From a virus (Duplodnaviria > Caudoviricetes), in the IMG/VR virus record IMGVR_UViG_3300037067_026010, positions 128,001 through 192,000 of that record: DNA of 64,000 bases. One strand, given 5' to 3'. The notes beneath the pieces are model-generated. The model saw only the letters and a list, made by a program, of their open reading frames with translations. It did not search any database and was not told the origin of the DNA. Position numbers and translations under genes: made by a program. Below are positions 38,471-47,928 of the stretch, one piece after another; the first letter of the stretch is position 1; every line of letters begins with the position of its first letter.

Positions 38471-38683
38471 TTACGCTGTGAACCCTTCCAAGTCTGGTGC
38501 ATACCAATGTATCTCTTGCTTCGCGTCTTCGTTCGCGACTTGCCATGCCGCGAACTCTTCCGCGTCTTCGATAGGGGCACCTGTCAGCTCTTGTATTTTG
38601 CGAACGGCTGCCCGCTCGTTGACAAAAGCATGCACCTCCTGAATTACGCCTTGATTCAGCTCTACGATAACCTCGATTTTCAC
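38471..38683 (-). CDS. Hypothetical protein
   Basis: 70 aa, AAGGA SD. Confidence 0.75.
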   Translation of the reverse strand: MKIEVIVELNQGVIQEVHAFVNERAAVRKIQELTGAPIEDAEEFAAWQVANEDAKQEIHWYAPDLEGFTA

Positions 38684-38696
38684 TGCACTGTTCCTT

Positions 38697-39092
38697 TCAG
38701 CCCCAACACACCCAACTAGCGTACTCCAGCTTGTCCTGGAAACGTTTTCCAGGCACCGTAAGCTGTTCTACGCCTTGCACCGTGAAAAAACAGCCGCATA
38801 CGTCGTCCGTTCCTGCGTCACCGTCATCCTGGTCGTGGTACGCAATGGAGAGCTCCAAGCACGCTCTGCCGACCCTAGTTGCCTCCTTAAAACATCTACA
38901 GACCTCGCCCCACGCCACCGTGATGGGCTCCGGCAACTCGTCTATGTCGCACTCGTCGTAGCTACGCGCCAATTCGTCCCAGGTAATCCCTGCTGCTTCT
39001 AGCATACCTTCAAACTCGGCAAGGGGGGCAAGTTCCCTCAAATGCTCCATACTGATTACCCAGGCCCGGCATCCAACAACGTTCACACTCAT
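38697..39092 (-). CDS. Hypothetical protein
   Basis: 131 aa, ATGA coupling. Confidence 0.75.
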   Translation of the reverse strand: MSVNVVGCRAWVISMEHLRELAPLAEFEGMLEAAGITWDELARSYDECDIDELPEPITVAWGEVCRCFKEATRVGRACLELSIAYHDQDDGDAGTDDVCGCFFTVQGVEQLTVPGKRFQDKLEYASWVCWG

Positions 39093-40213
39093 AGTGTTAC
39101 TCCCATAGCCGCTGCCTGCGTGCGGATTACGTTGTGCAAAATTTCTCGGCTATTCCGCGGATCGTAACTCCCCGGATCACGTCCGTCGGGTAAAGTCACC
39201 GGTACGATGGCCCGTCCGGAAGCACCCGGCTGGTTCAGTAGCTGTTGTATGATATCCGTCATATTTTTTCTCTCCGTCGCGCCGCCGTCCAGCAGCAGCA
39301 CGATCGTCTGCTGCCGCCCCATGGTCAACAAATGCTGCTGCGGCATGGCACAGGTCTTGCCGAGCAAGGCCACGGCGTGCGGCCCTACGTTCCAAGAAGA
39401 CATAATGCCTTCGCAAACGACGATGAACGGATAGCGCTGGGCGATATCCCAGTTGTAAAGCACCTGTCGTTTCGGCATGCCCGGCATGGAGTAGAACTTT
39501 ATTCTGCCGGTCGCTTTCCAGTTCAGATCTTCAGGCCAACGCGCCTGCCAGCCCACCAGTTGCCCGTTCATAAAGATAGGCAAAACGATTCGCCCTTCCG
39601 CCGGACGATACTGTGGCAACGCGCGTACACAAAAGCACGTCTGGTATTGCGTCAGAATTTCCAAGGAATACCGACGCGTTACCGTGAGGTACTGCCGAGC
39701 GATATGGTCGGCTGGCAGATGCGCTATAGGGATGCATTCACCGGGCAGGGTCGCCACCGTAAGCCTATCCGATTCCTGCTCGCCGGCGGCCGCCACCCAA
39801 TTGACGTCACGGTTGTTTCGATTGTGCAATCCGAATATCTGGTCCGCCAACTCCAGCCGGCGGGACCAGTCTCTCAAACAATCCTCGTTGTAACAGATGG
39901 CCAAATGCAGCATACGGCGATTGTCCGAGCCGAACTCGCCAAAACGGTGGTTAATCCACAACCGTTGCCGCTGATCGCCGCAATATCGGCAGTTCACGCA
40001 GTAATACTCTCCCGGGTCGGCAACTCGCAGATCGTGCCTGCGCCTGGCCGAATCGTATATTTCATTGCCGCGAAAGCCCGCCCCCGGGTCCGCGACGCGC
40101 ACTCGACCGAAAAGCTGTTTCAACTTTTGATACAGCAGCGGGTTGAGCACGCCAGCCGCAGCCTGCGTAGGCAGCGCCGCGGCGGTTAATCTATTTGCAC
40201 GCGGCATTTTCAA
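39089..40213 (-). CDS. DnaG-type primase
   Basis: CRYC Zn domain, GRIVLPI, GWQAR, LYNWD, VCEG, ALLG, DGRDPG. Confidence 0.85.
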   Translation of the reverse strand: MKMPRANRLTAAALPTQAAAGVLNPLLYQKLKQLFGRVRVADPGAGFRGNEIYDSARRRHDLRVADPGEYYCVNCRYCGDQRQRLWINHRFGEFGSDNRRMLHLAICYNEDCLRDWSRRLELADQIFGLHNRNNRDVNWVAAAGEQESDRLTVATLPGECIPIAHLPADHIARQYLTVTRRYSLEILTQYQTCFCVRALPQYRPAEGRIVLPIFMNGQLVGWQARWPEDLNWKATGRIKFYSMPGMPKRQVLYNWDIAQRYPFIVVCEGIMSSWNVGPHAVALLGKTCAMPQQHLLTMGRQQTIVLLLDGGATERKNMTDIIQQLLNQPGASGRAIVPVTLPDGRDPGSYDPRNSREILHNVIRTQAAAMGVTL

Positions 40214-41886
40214 ACCTCTATATTCGTACGGGTTGGTAACGCTACAGATCTTGTACGCGCGGCTTGATTCAGCCCCGTTGGGCCTGCGGAAGCACCACGG
40301 GCTCCGGTTGCACCGAGAACATGCGCCAGGTCCGCCCTGGATACGATACGCGCACCGGAGCCATCCACAGCCATCGTATCCGACATATCTTCGATACGTG
40401 CGAATTGCTCATGGATGCTGAACAGCAGTGGCGCAATGCGTTCCACAGGCTTGTTTCGGACCTTCGAAAAATTCATAAGACGACAACCGGAATTCCTGTC
40501 CGGGTTTCCGATGCACATGCACAGCGATAAATTGTCGGCGAAGGATTTGGCTTCGGCGGCGTCATTGTGGTGCAACAGTTTTGCAGGACTTAAATTGCAA
40601 GCAGCACCCGCGATTTGATGCAATATCCAAACCGTGGTATTAAGTGGGATGGCAATCTGCAACCGACAGGCCTCGCCAAATGCCCGCAACAGGTGCCGCA
40701 ACTCGCTATCCGGCTTGCCCATAGCCGTACGGTACCGATCGCAAGCCACGCCAGCCCAATCTATGATCACCGCACGCACGCCACGGCCGGTCCGTTGCTG
40801 GTGCATCGTCGCCATTTGCGCTATTTCGGGCACATAGCCCTGCCCTACGCCAGGTACCTCGTCTCCCACCATATCAAAGCCGACGACAGAGGAATTCAGC
40901 CACTCCATGCCCAAAACGTATCTATCGAACTCCGAGGGCAGTTCGCCCGACGCCGTAGCGCACATTGCTTGCTCGTAGGGCAGACGGATGCGCGACAAAT
41001 CGTTTACGTCGCGCAGCACTTCCAAAGTCTCACGCGGAATTCCGAACGCGGCCGCCTGGAACCGCGGACGCAGCCTACGCACCGTTTCCTCGAAAGAGAA
41101 ATATAAGACCTGCTCTCCGCGATGCCCCTCTTCCGTGAACGCCCGCCGGCCGAGGGTAACTGCGACGTGCACACCCAGCGTCGTTTTACCGCCGCCGGTA
41201 ACGCCGATGACGCCGACGACATCCTGTCGCTGCTGGCCGGTAAAGCGTTCGTCAAACCATGCCAACCCCGTCGGCACATAGTCGGCAGCCGGCACAAGCT
41301 CCGTACCGGGCGCCGGCGCAAGGTCCACTGCAGGCAGCACGCTCCCGCTGCGCAAGCGTTGCTCACGCTGAATAAGCGATTGCAGGGTATCCGCCACGGT
41401 GCTCGGGTAACTCGCAGCGCCGAAGCCACTGGCAACCAGGTGGCGCAACGGCTCCAGCACCGTCCTCTCGTAAAGAAAACGCTGAGCCATCTCCCGTGCC
41501 GCAAGCACCACGCCTTCGGTCAGATGTTCGACCGGCGTCATGTAGATGTTCCATACGATGCCGTCGGCGTCGCGTGAAACCAGCGCCTGGTATTGTTCCT
41601 GCGAAACCGCAGCTGTGCCGTCATTCAACAACCCGTTCATTACGTGCCAAACGGTGTCGTGGCTAGCGTCACGGTATTGCTGGTACGCCAGATGTATCCC
41701 TTGCCAAAGCAACCGCCAATGCGCTTCCGCTGCCGGATTGAAATGTTCGGCGCGCAATTGCTCGTGCCACTCCTGGTAGAACGCCGGGAAGCGTGCAAGG
41801 GCCAAGAACAGAATATACAGATCGTCTTCCGTTACCGGTTGCTGGCGCGGCACCGCGTCCGCCACATGGTGCGACCCATTCGACAT
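40210..41886 (-). CDS. DnaB-like replicative helicase
   Basis: PTG, GVTGGGKTT, YFSFEE, VIIDW, LHQ, KVRN. Confidence 0.85.
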   Translation of the reverse strand: MSNGSHHVADAVPRQQPVTEDDLYILFLALARFPAFYQEWHEQLRAEHFNPAAEAHWRLLWQGIHLAYQQYRDASHDTVWHVMNGLLNDGTAAVSQEQYQALVSRDADGIVWNIYMTPVEHLTEGVVLAAREMAQRFLYERTVLEPLRHLVASGFGAASYPSTVADTLQSLIQREQRLRSGSVLPAVDLAPAPGTELVPAADYVPTGLAWFDERFTGQQRQDVVGVIGVTGGGKTTLGVHVAVTLGRRAFTEEGHRGEQVLYFSFEETVRRLRPRFQAAAFGIPRETLEVLRDVNDLSRIRLPYEQAMCATASGELPSEFDRYVLGMEWLNSSVVGFDMVGDEVPGVGQGYVPEIAQMATMHQQRTGRGVRAVIIDWAGVACDRYRTAMGKPDSELRHLLRAFGEACRLQIAIPLNTTVWILHQIAGAACNLSPAKLLHHNDAAEAKSFADNLSLCMCIGNPDRNSGCRLMNFSKVRNKPVERIAPLLFSIHEQFARIEDMSDTMAVDGSGARIVSRADLAHVLGATGARGASAGPTGLNQAARTRSVALPTRTNIEV

Positions 41887-41908
41887 GATTTTAATCCCTT
41901 CCGGCTCT

Positions 41909-42598
41909 CTATGTGAGCATTTGCGCCCGCAGCGCCTCTCCCTCCAGCCGCAACTCTTGAGGAATCCGATCTCCCCAAGCCGCGTCATAGACTGTTTTCT
42001 GAAATACGTAGTCCGCCAATGCCTTCGCATGGAAGGCCGCGGCGATATCAGGAAACCCGTACTTTACGGCGACACAATATCGCCAAATCGGTGACGCTGA
42101 GACCGTACCGATATTGGTAAGCGCAGAACGCATCGCTCGGTCGAACGACCAGTGCAGTCTATCCACGAGCGGCCTGAGCTCTCCCTCCAGCGACGACAAT
42201 GCAGTATCCCAGCTGCGCTGCAACTCCATCGGACGATCGCAGATATACGCGCGATAGCGTTCCGTCGCCAAGCCTGAACGCAGTGCCGTCGGCCATGGCA
42301 CCTGACGCACGGTAGCGTGTAGGAATTGTGCCTTGAGGTACTCTAGCGGATCTGCTCCCAGGCTCACGATATGCTGTGCCAGCGCAGGCCAGCAGTTCGA
42401 GTGAGACCGTCCGTGGCTATCCACCCCGCCATCCCAAGCTGGTATCGGGCGCGTGCCGTATGCCGGATCGCCCTTGATGAGCTGCGCTAGGCTGAAAAAC
42501 GCTGCGCGCACCGTCTCTGCCAACGCAGCAAGTCTAACGTCCGCTGCGGCAGGCGCCGGTGTTGCATCCGATAGTATTACGCTCCGCTGATACTCCAT
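41909..42598 (-). CDS. Hypothetical protein in replication operon
   Basis: 229 aa. Confidence 0.8.
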   Translation of the reverse strand: MEYQRSVILSDATPAPAAADVRLAALAETVRAAFFSLAQLIKGDPAYGTRPIPAWDGGVDSHGRSHSNCWPALAQHIVSLGADPLEYLKAQFLHATVRQVPWPTALRSGLATERYRAYICDRPMELQRSWDTALSSLEGELRPLVDRLHWSFDRAMRSALTNIGTVSASPIWRYCVAVKYGFPDIAAAFHAKALADYVFQKTVYDAAWGDRIPQELRLEGEALRAQMLT

Positions 42599-42601
42599 GA
42601 C

Positions 42602-44098
42602 TCACGACCTGTTCGCTTGCCTGCGGCCCGTAGGCCAATTATCCGCCCAACCGAGGGACTTATATTGTCGCCTGCGCAATTCCGATTTGCGCTTAAAGCC
42701 ACTGTCGAAAAAATCGATGCAATCAACTACCTCGCCGCAATCCTTGCCGTCGAACGTCCTACTGACGCGCCCAGGCCCTTGGGTATTCAGAATTTCCGAT
42801 TCACGCCCGGAAATGTTGTAAAAAACCTGCAACTGCTCGAAGTCCACGCCTGTGCTCCACACATCCGTGGCAATTACCCGCTTCAGCGCTTTTCGCTCGA
42901 AGTCGCGCTGCATTTGATAACGCCGCTCCGGCGTAACGATGCGAAAATCCTGCGGGAGCAGTTTATTTCGTTGATAGCGGTGGCACTCCTCCGGATCGAA
43001 CGACGCGTAGCACAGTTCGAATTCGGGCAAATACTGCCACAAATGTATGGCATGGTCTATCGTAGAGACATTGATCAATATTTGGGTATCTTCCGGGTAT
43101 TGCCTGGCATCCGCCGCGATCAATGCGTTACGAGCCTGATTGCGCCAAATGCCCCAACGCAGTTTGGGGACGTCTTTCTTGCCTGCCGCCGGGTTGTCCG
43201 TAAGACAAACGGGCAGCCACCGCACGAAAATCGGCACGACGAGGCCGAGCGACACGGCTTCGTCGTAGGTCATCTGAAATATGCGCGGTCCGAAGAACAT
43301 TTCCAGCATGGCACAGGCGCCATCCATGCGCCCTTCGGGAGTCGCCGTAAATCCGTAGTTGCGCGTGTGCCGAAAAGTCGCACCCATTGTCTCCGACGAA
43401 TCGTCGCTCATTAGCTGATGAATTTCATCAGCTAAAAAAATGTCCGCGTCGCCATCGCAATGATGCATACTTCCCGCCGTATAGACGGTAACACGCCCGG
43501 TGATAGCACGCCCTCCGCCAACCATGCCCACGCTGGGCAGATAGGCAGAAAGGCGCCGGACGATCGTCTCGGCAACTTCAACGGATCTGGTAACAATCGC
43601 AATTTTCGCACGAGGGTACAGCAATGCCAACATGCACAAAAGCATGGTTTTCCCGAACCCTGTCGGGGCGACGATAACGCCGCCGGGGTTATTGGCGATA
43701 GCGAGCAAGCATTCTAATTGCCGAGGCCGAAACTGCAGACCGGCCTGTGCCAAACCTTCCCAATTCGTCTCGTAGCAGTTCGGCCGTCGGCGAGGCGGAC
43801 TGATGTCCACAAAATGGACAATATGTCCTTGTGCCCGCAGCAGATTGACAATACGCGGTAGAAAGCCGAAGCCCGTTACCAAACGTCCGCCTTCTAGGCG
43901 ATACATCAACTTCGTCACGATCTCAACGCTTTCGCGGTGACCCGTCACGCTGTCGTATGCCGCAGCACCGCGTAGCAGGTGTCTATGATCGTACTGCAAA
44001 TACGGATGCAGGCAGGCTACTATCGGGGCCGGGAGAGGCGTTTGCCCGTCCGGACTGATCTCGATGAGCGTACCCGATCGTCGAATAACAAGATGCAT
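42602..44098 (-). CDS. SF2 helicase (UvsW/Rad25-like)
   Basis: APTGFGKT, DEIH, TAT, TGVD, QGPGRVSR. Confidence 0.92.
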   Translation of the reverse strand: MHLVIRRSGTLIEISPDGQTPLPAPIVACLHPYLQYDHRHLLRGAAAYDSVTGHRESVEIVTKLMYRLEGGRLVTGFGFLPRIVNLLRAQGHIVHFVDISPPRRRPNCYETNWEGLAQAGLQFRPRQLECLLAIANNPGGVIVAPTGFGKTMLLCMLALLYPRAKIAIVTRSVEVAETIVRRLSAYLPSVGMVGGGRAITGRVTVYTAGSMHHCDGDADIFLADEIHQLMSDDSSETMGATFRHTRNYGFTATPEGRMDGACAMLEMFFGPRIFQMTYDEAVSLGLVVPIFVRWLPVCLTDNPAAGKKDVPKLRWGIWRNQARNALIAADARQYPEDTQILINVSTIDHAIHLWQYLPEFELCYASFDPEECHRYQRNKLLPQDFRIVTPERRYQMQRDFERKALKRVIATDVWSTGVDFEQLQVFYNISGRESEILNTQGPGRVSRTFDGKDCGEVVDCIDFFDSGFKRKSELRRRQYKSLGWADNWPTGRRQANRS

Positions 44099-44110
44099 GC
44101 CGCGCTCCGT

Positions 44111-44593
44111 TCATCTGACCGGCAATATTTCCACAACCTCGAACGTCCCGTAAGTTTCGCCATCGCGGCGAAACGGCGAAATGCCGCGATAAATTCCGGC
44201 TACCGTTAAAAGTTCGCGCAAGGCTTCCGTATCCAGTCCACGCGGTAATACCGCGCTTACCGTAATTTCCGCGCCTGGCGGAAACGCTTCGTGCACGGCA
44301 TAACGCCTGCGTCTATTCGGGGTATCCGCAGCGGCCACGACAGTGCGTTGCCAATCCCCGCGCGGTACACCGGCTATTGCCGGTGCCCAATCGATATGCT
44401 GTACAAGTGCTCCGTAATGGGCCGTGACGGTTGCTGCATACTGCATTAACTGCCGCCACCAGGACGGCATAAACACGATCTCTCCGCACACGTTCCGCGG
44501 CAGCACAAATTTTGTTTGTCCACGCCTCGTTTTTTCTCGAATGGCGCCTAGGCAGGCACCGGTAAAACGTAACCGAATCCGCACCTCTTGCAT
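44111..44593 (-). CDS. Minimal Cas7/RAMP-like protein
   Basis: VRIRLRFTGACLG, GEIVFMPSWWR, EAFPPGAEITV, C-terminal G-loop AGIYRGISPFRR-YGTFEV. Confidence 0.6.
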   Translation of the reverse strand: MQEVRIRLRFTGACLGAIREKTRRGQTKFVLPRNVCGEIVFMPSWWRQLMQYAATVTAHYGALVQHIDWAPAIAGVPRGDWQRTVVAAADTPNRRRRYAVHEAFPPGAEITVSAVLPRGLDTEALRELLTVAGIYRGISPFRRDGETYGTFEVVEILPVR

Positions 44594-44653
44594 GTTGATT
44601 ATCCCTGATAAGTGCACGAGGTTGTCTTATCTTAGTGAACGTACCGTTTGCTG

Positions 44654-45532
44654 TCAAACAGCGCCGTCGCCAACCTGTTGCATGTGCCTGCGGAACGCAG
44701 TAACCTCTTCTGGGGTCTTGAAGAACATATCTGGGAGGAATAAGGTATCCCCCCCACTATATCTTGTGCCTCGGTATATCGCTTGAAGCCAGATACGGCG
44801 AAGAAAAATCGCAAATTTCTGCGAAGCGCGCAGGGTGCCGCGCCACCCGCCGCCAGCTGCATCTCTAACGCGCCATAAGAATTCCTCCGGACGCGACGGG
44901 TCCTGCGGCGGATCCCCGCTCCAGCAATCCGTTAGGACACGATATGTTGCTGCCCAAACGGGACTACCCTGTGCACGTGCATGTCGCGGCACCAGCCCTA
45001 AGTAGGCAAAGTACCGCGACATACGCTCCGGTGCACCAGGGTCGACATACCATCGCGGATCGGTAATGGCACATAAGATTTCCAGCACCGCGTTCCAGTC
45101 CAAACGCGGTATGAAATTTACCGCAGGCCAAACCGGATGTTGCTGCAACGCATACCGACTACGCTGCATCATCAACATATATTGGGCATGATCCGCTGCG
45201 GTATATCCGTGCCATCCGCCTTGGCTCGGCGCGAACCGGCACTGCCTCATGGCGTATAACGTCTCGACGGGATCACGCAGATTAGGGCTTACGCCCGGCT
45301 TTGCCACCTCGAAAGAAAGCAAGCACTTGCGCTTTTGCTGCCATAATCCGGCCAACAACGCGGCGTTTTGCCTCGCCCCGAGCACACGCACGCGGCATGG
45401 ACATGGCGGATGCCAGTCGCGCACGAATACCTCGGCCGGCTTCGCGGAAGCGCAGGCCACGGACGTGCCGTCGGCGCACCAGACCATTCCGTCGGCAGCA
45501 GTATGCAATTTTAATGTGCCGTGCTCGTACAT
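44654..45532 (-). CDS. IS110/Nop-domain-like protein, apparently lacking catalytic residues
   Basis: FIPRL...ILCAITDPRWY...SRYFAYLGLVP and LRASQKFAIFL match the IS110 C-terminal/Nop pattern. Confidence 0.6.
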   Translation of the reverse strand: MYEHGTLKLHTAADGMVWCADGTSVACASAKPAEVFVRDWHPPCPCRVRVLGARQNAALLAGLWQQKRKCLLSFEVAKPGVSPNLRDPVETLYAMRQCRFAPSQGGWHGYTAADHAQYMLMMQRSRYALQQHPVWPAVNFIPRLDWNAVLEILCAITDPRWYVDPGAPERMSRYFAYLGLVPRHARAQGSPVWAATYRVLTDCWSGDPPQDPSRPEEFLWRVRDAAGGGWRGTLRASQKFAIFLRRIWLQAIYRGTRYSGGDTLFLPDMFFKTPEEVTAFRRHMQQVGDGAV

Positions 45533-45536
45533 CGTC

Positions 45537-45773
45537 TCACGCCGCTTGCGTTTCCTCGTCCAACAGACAGTCGATGCCGTGCTCGTCGTGCGCTTGATCC
45601 GCGAGCGCATCGCACAAATTGACGAGCCCCGCTAACGCTTCGGCGTCTTCCGCCGTGAACTCGTAAGGCCTCCGGCCCGCAACCGCGTGCCACTCCAGTA
45701 GTCTTGTACGCTGCTGCTTGAATAGCTGGCCGTCCAGCGCCAGTTGGTAGGACTTTTGTACTGCCGCACCCAT
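45537..45773 (-). CDS. Hypothetical protein
   Basis: 78 aa from MGAAVQ, GAGG SD. Confidence 0.7.
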   Translation of the reverse strand: MGAAVQKSYQLALDGQLFKQQRTRLLEWHAVAGRRPYEFTAEDAEALAGLVNLCDALADQAHDEHGIDCLLDEETQAA

Positions 45774-45780
45774 AGGCACC

Positions 45781-47928
45781 TCACAGTTGTATGACCGCGT
45801 CAAAAAGCGGGGCAAGTTCGTCTTCGTGCGTAACAATGATACATTGTAAGCCGCTACTCGACGCCAGCTGCCGCAATTGCGTCAATACCGGTGCAAATCC
45901 GCGGATATGATGCTTGTCCAAATATGCCGTAGGTTCGTCCAGCATAAGCAACCTGACCTGCGGCGCCAATCGTAAGTTGAGCGCCAAGCGTATTGCGCAG
46001 GCTAGTACCACCTTCTGACCGTGTGATAAGCGCTTTCCGGACTGCACGCGGCCGTCTTGGAAATGCGCGCAAAATGACATATCGTCGCTGACAGTCACAT
46101 AAAAGTCGGTCTGAAACAAGCTTAACGTTTCATTGGTCGCGACGGTCAGCCGTTGCAAGTTCTGCTGTATAACGTACCTTGGCAATGCATCCCAGTGCAC
46201 AATGTCACGCCACCGCGTGATACGCTGAAGCCACTCGCGGCTGCGCCGGCTCTCCTGCAGTTGCTCCTGAAGTCTGGCAACGTCCGCTTCGAGTTGCAAC
46301 CGTAGTGCCTGCTGCTGCACCAACTCTTGGTCAAGCTCCTGACGCTGAACCAGTTGCCCTGTGCGTATGTCGCAGCGCTCCCGCGCCGCCTGGGCATGTT
46401 CATCGACTATTCGCCCCTGGGCGAGCTGCTGCGACAGTTGCTGTAGACGCAGCTTGCTGGCGTCGTATCTGGAGCGAAGCGTGGCCGTTGCCACGCAGCA
46501 CGACTGCCAGTACGCCCTCCGCCGCTGCACCTCTGCAGTACGACCTGCGACTTCTTGGATTTGCGCTGTCAATTGCTCCGGCACGACATCCGGCATGTCC
46601 AACTGTTGCCATTGCTCCATCTGCACGCGCAAATCCGCGATCTTCGCCTGTAGCGCGGCACAATTGCCGTCGTACTTTGCCAGGGCTGTTTCGTAAGCCT
46701 CGCAGGACGCCTGCTCGCGGCGCAAGGCCTCCAATCTCGCCCGCAGCTCCGGCAACACTGTCCGGGCCCGATCGATCTCCGCCTGCAATCCGCCTACAAT
46801 GGGTGTATGACAGGTCGGACATTCGGCGCGGCCTGTTTGGGCCAGGTCCCGCAACATTTGCTCATACCGCGCTGCCCGAGTACTCAACGTCGTTATCTCT
46901 GTATCGGGATCGGTGCGCACGGTCGCATAGCCTTGCGGCGGTAACGGCCGCTGGAGTTGCTGCAGCTCCACTTCTGCCGTATGTAGCGCAGTGGCAACCC
47001 GGTCCCTCGTACGGACTATCGCCGCTTGCTTTTCCATATCCGCCAGCAATTGTTTGGCACGCTCGGCTGCCGGACGGCACGCCTCTAGGCGCTGTTCGCT
47101 GTCAGTCATATCTTGCTGCGCCGCTGCCTCAACGCCGGCAGCGACGTGGCCCTGTGCCTCCAGCTCCGCCAGCAGTTGTACTAAATGCTGCGCGTCCGCC
47201 AGCTCCGCTTGCTGCTGCGAGTATAACAGCAGGATACCCTCGTCTTCCCGTTGTGCCGCAACCAGCTCTACCAGCGGCTGCAACGCCTGGGCACGCTGCC
47301 GTACTGCCTCTTCCGCTTCTTGGGCAGCCGCCAGCTGCCGGCGCAAGGTATCCAGGTCGCCGGCAACTTCCGGCACGACAATCGCGCTACCGTGCGCTCC
47401 GAGCACCTTATATGCGGCCTCGGCGGCATCTGTGCGAAACAGCCGCTGGAAGGCCGCCGCGCGTTCGCCCTGCGTTGCGGACAGTACGCCAAAAATGTCT
47501 TCCTGCGCTACCAAAGCCACCTGCTGCAGCGTATCGAATGACACGTCCAGGATCGCCTCGATCCGCGCATTTACCTTCTTGTCGTCGCGCACCGTCTCCA
47601 GTTTTTTGTTGTTGAGGCGGTCGCACAGTCCCAATGTGGATTTGCGCGTATCGGGGCGCAGATGCCGCGTGACCGTTGCTCGGATATCGCCGTGCGTGAA
47701 CACGATCTTGCCGAACGCCGCCTCTTCCGCGGCAGCGTATTGCGAAACGTTTTCGTCCTTCGTACCGCTGTTGGCGTTCGCGCCGGTCAACAGCCAGCGT
47801 ATGCCGTTGAAAAAGTTCGATTTTCCAGAGCCGTTTGCGCCAAGCACGGCGGTCAGCCCGCGCTGGAAATTTTCGACGCGATGGTGGTGGTTGCAAAAAT
47901 TCACAAGCTCGATGGATTCTAAGAACAT
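45781..47928 (-). CDS. sbcC: SbcC/Rad50 ATPase
   Basis: GANGSGKS, Q-loop, CPTC zinc hook, LSHGQ, LDEPT, VTH. Confidence 0.95.
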   Translation of the reverse strand: MFLESIELVNFCNHHHRVENFQRGLTAVLGANGSGKSNFFNGIRWLLTGANANSGTKDENVSQYAAAEEAAFGKIVFTHGDIRATVTRHLRPDTRKSTLGLCDRLNNKKLETVRDDKKVNARIEAILDVSFDTLQQVALVAQEDIFGVLSATQGERAAAFQRLFRTDAAEAAYKVLGAHGSAIVVPEVAGDLDTLRRQLAAAQEAEEAVRQRAQALQPLVELVAAQREDEGILLLYSQQQAELADAQHLVQLLAELEAQGHVAAGVEAAAQQDMTDSEQRLEACRPAAERAKQLLADMEKQAAIVRTRDRVATALHTAEVELQQLQRPLPPQGYATVRTDPDTEITTLSTRAARYEQMLRDLAQTGRAECPTCHTPIVGGLQAEIDRARTVLPELRARLEALRREQASCEAYETALAKYDGNCAALQAKIADLRVQMEQWQQLDMPDVVPEQLTAQIQEVAGRTAEVQRRRAYWQSCCVATATLRSRYDASKLRLQQLSQQLAQGRIVDEHAQAARERCDIRTGQLVQRQELDQELVQQQALRLQLEADVARLQEQLQESRRSREWLQRITRWRDIVHWDALPRYVIQQNLQRLTVATNETLSLFQTDFYVTVSDDMSFCAHFQDGRVQSGKRLSHGQKVVLACAIRLALNLRLAPQVRLLMLDEPTAYLDKHHIRGFAPVLTQLRQLASSSGLQCIIVTHEDELAPLFDAVIQL

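Noticed and set aside
44654-45610. Active IS110 insertion sequence
   Set aside because: Catalytic residues not evident, no non-coding ends, tightly embedded in the operon
44000-45800. TIGR-type or other short-period guide array next to the RAMP/Nop-like genes
   Set aside because: Intergenic gaps are at most ~60 nt and I saw no periodic repeats there or elsewhere in the window
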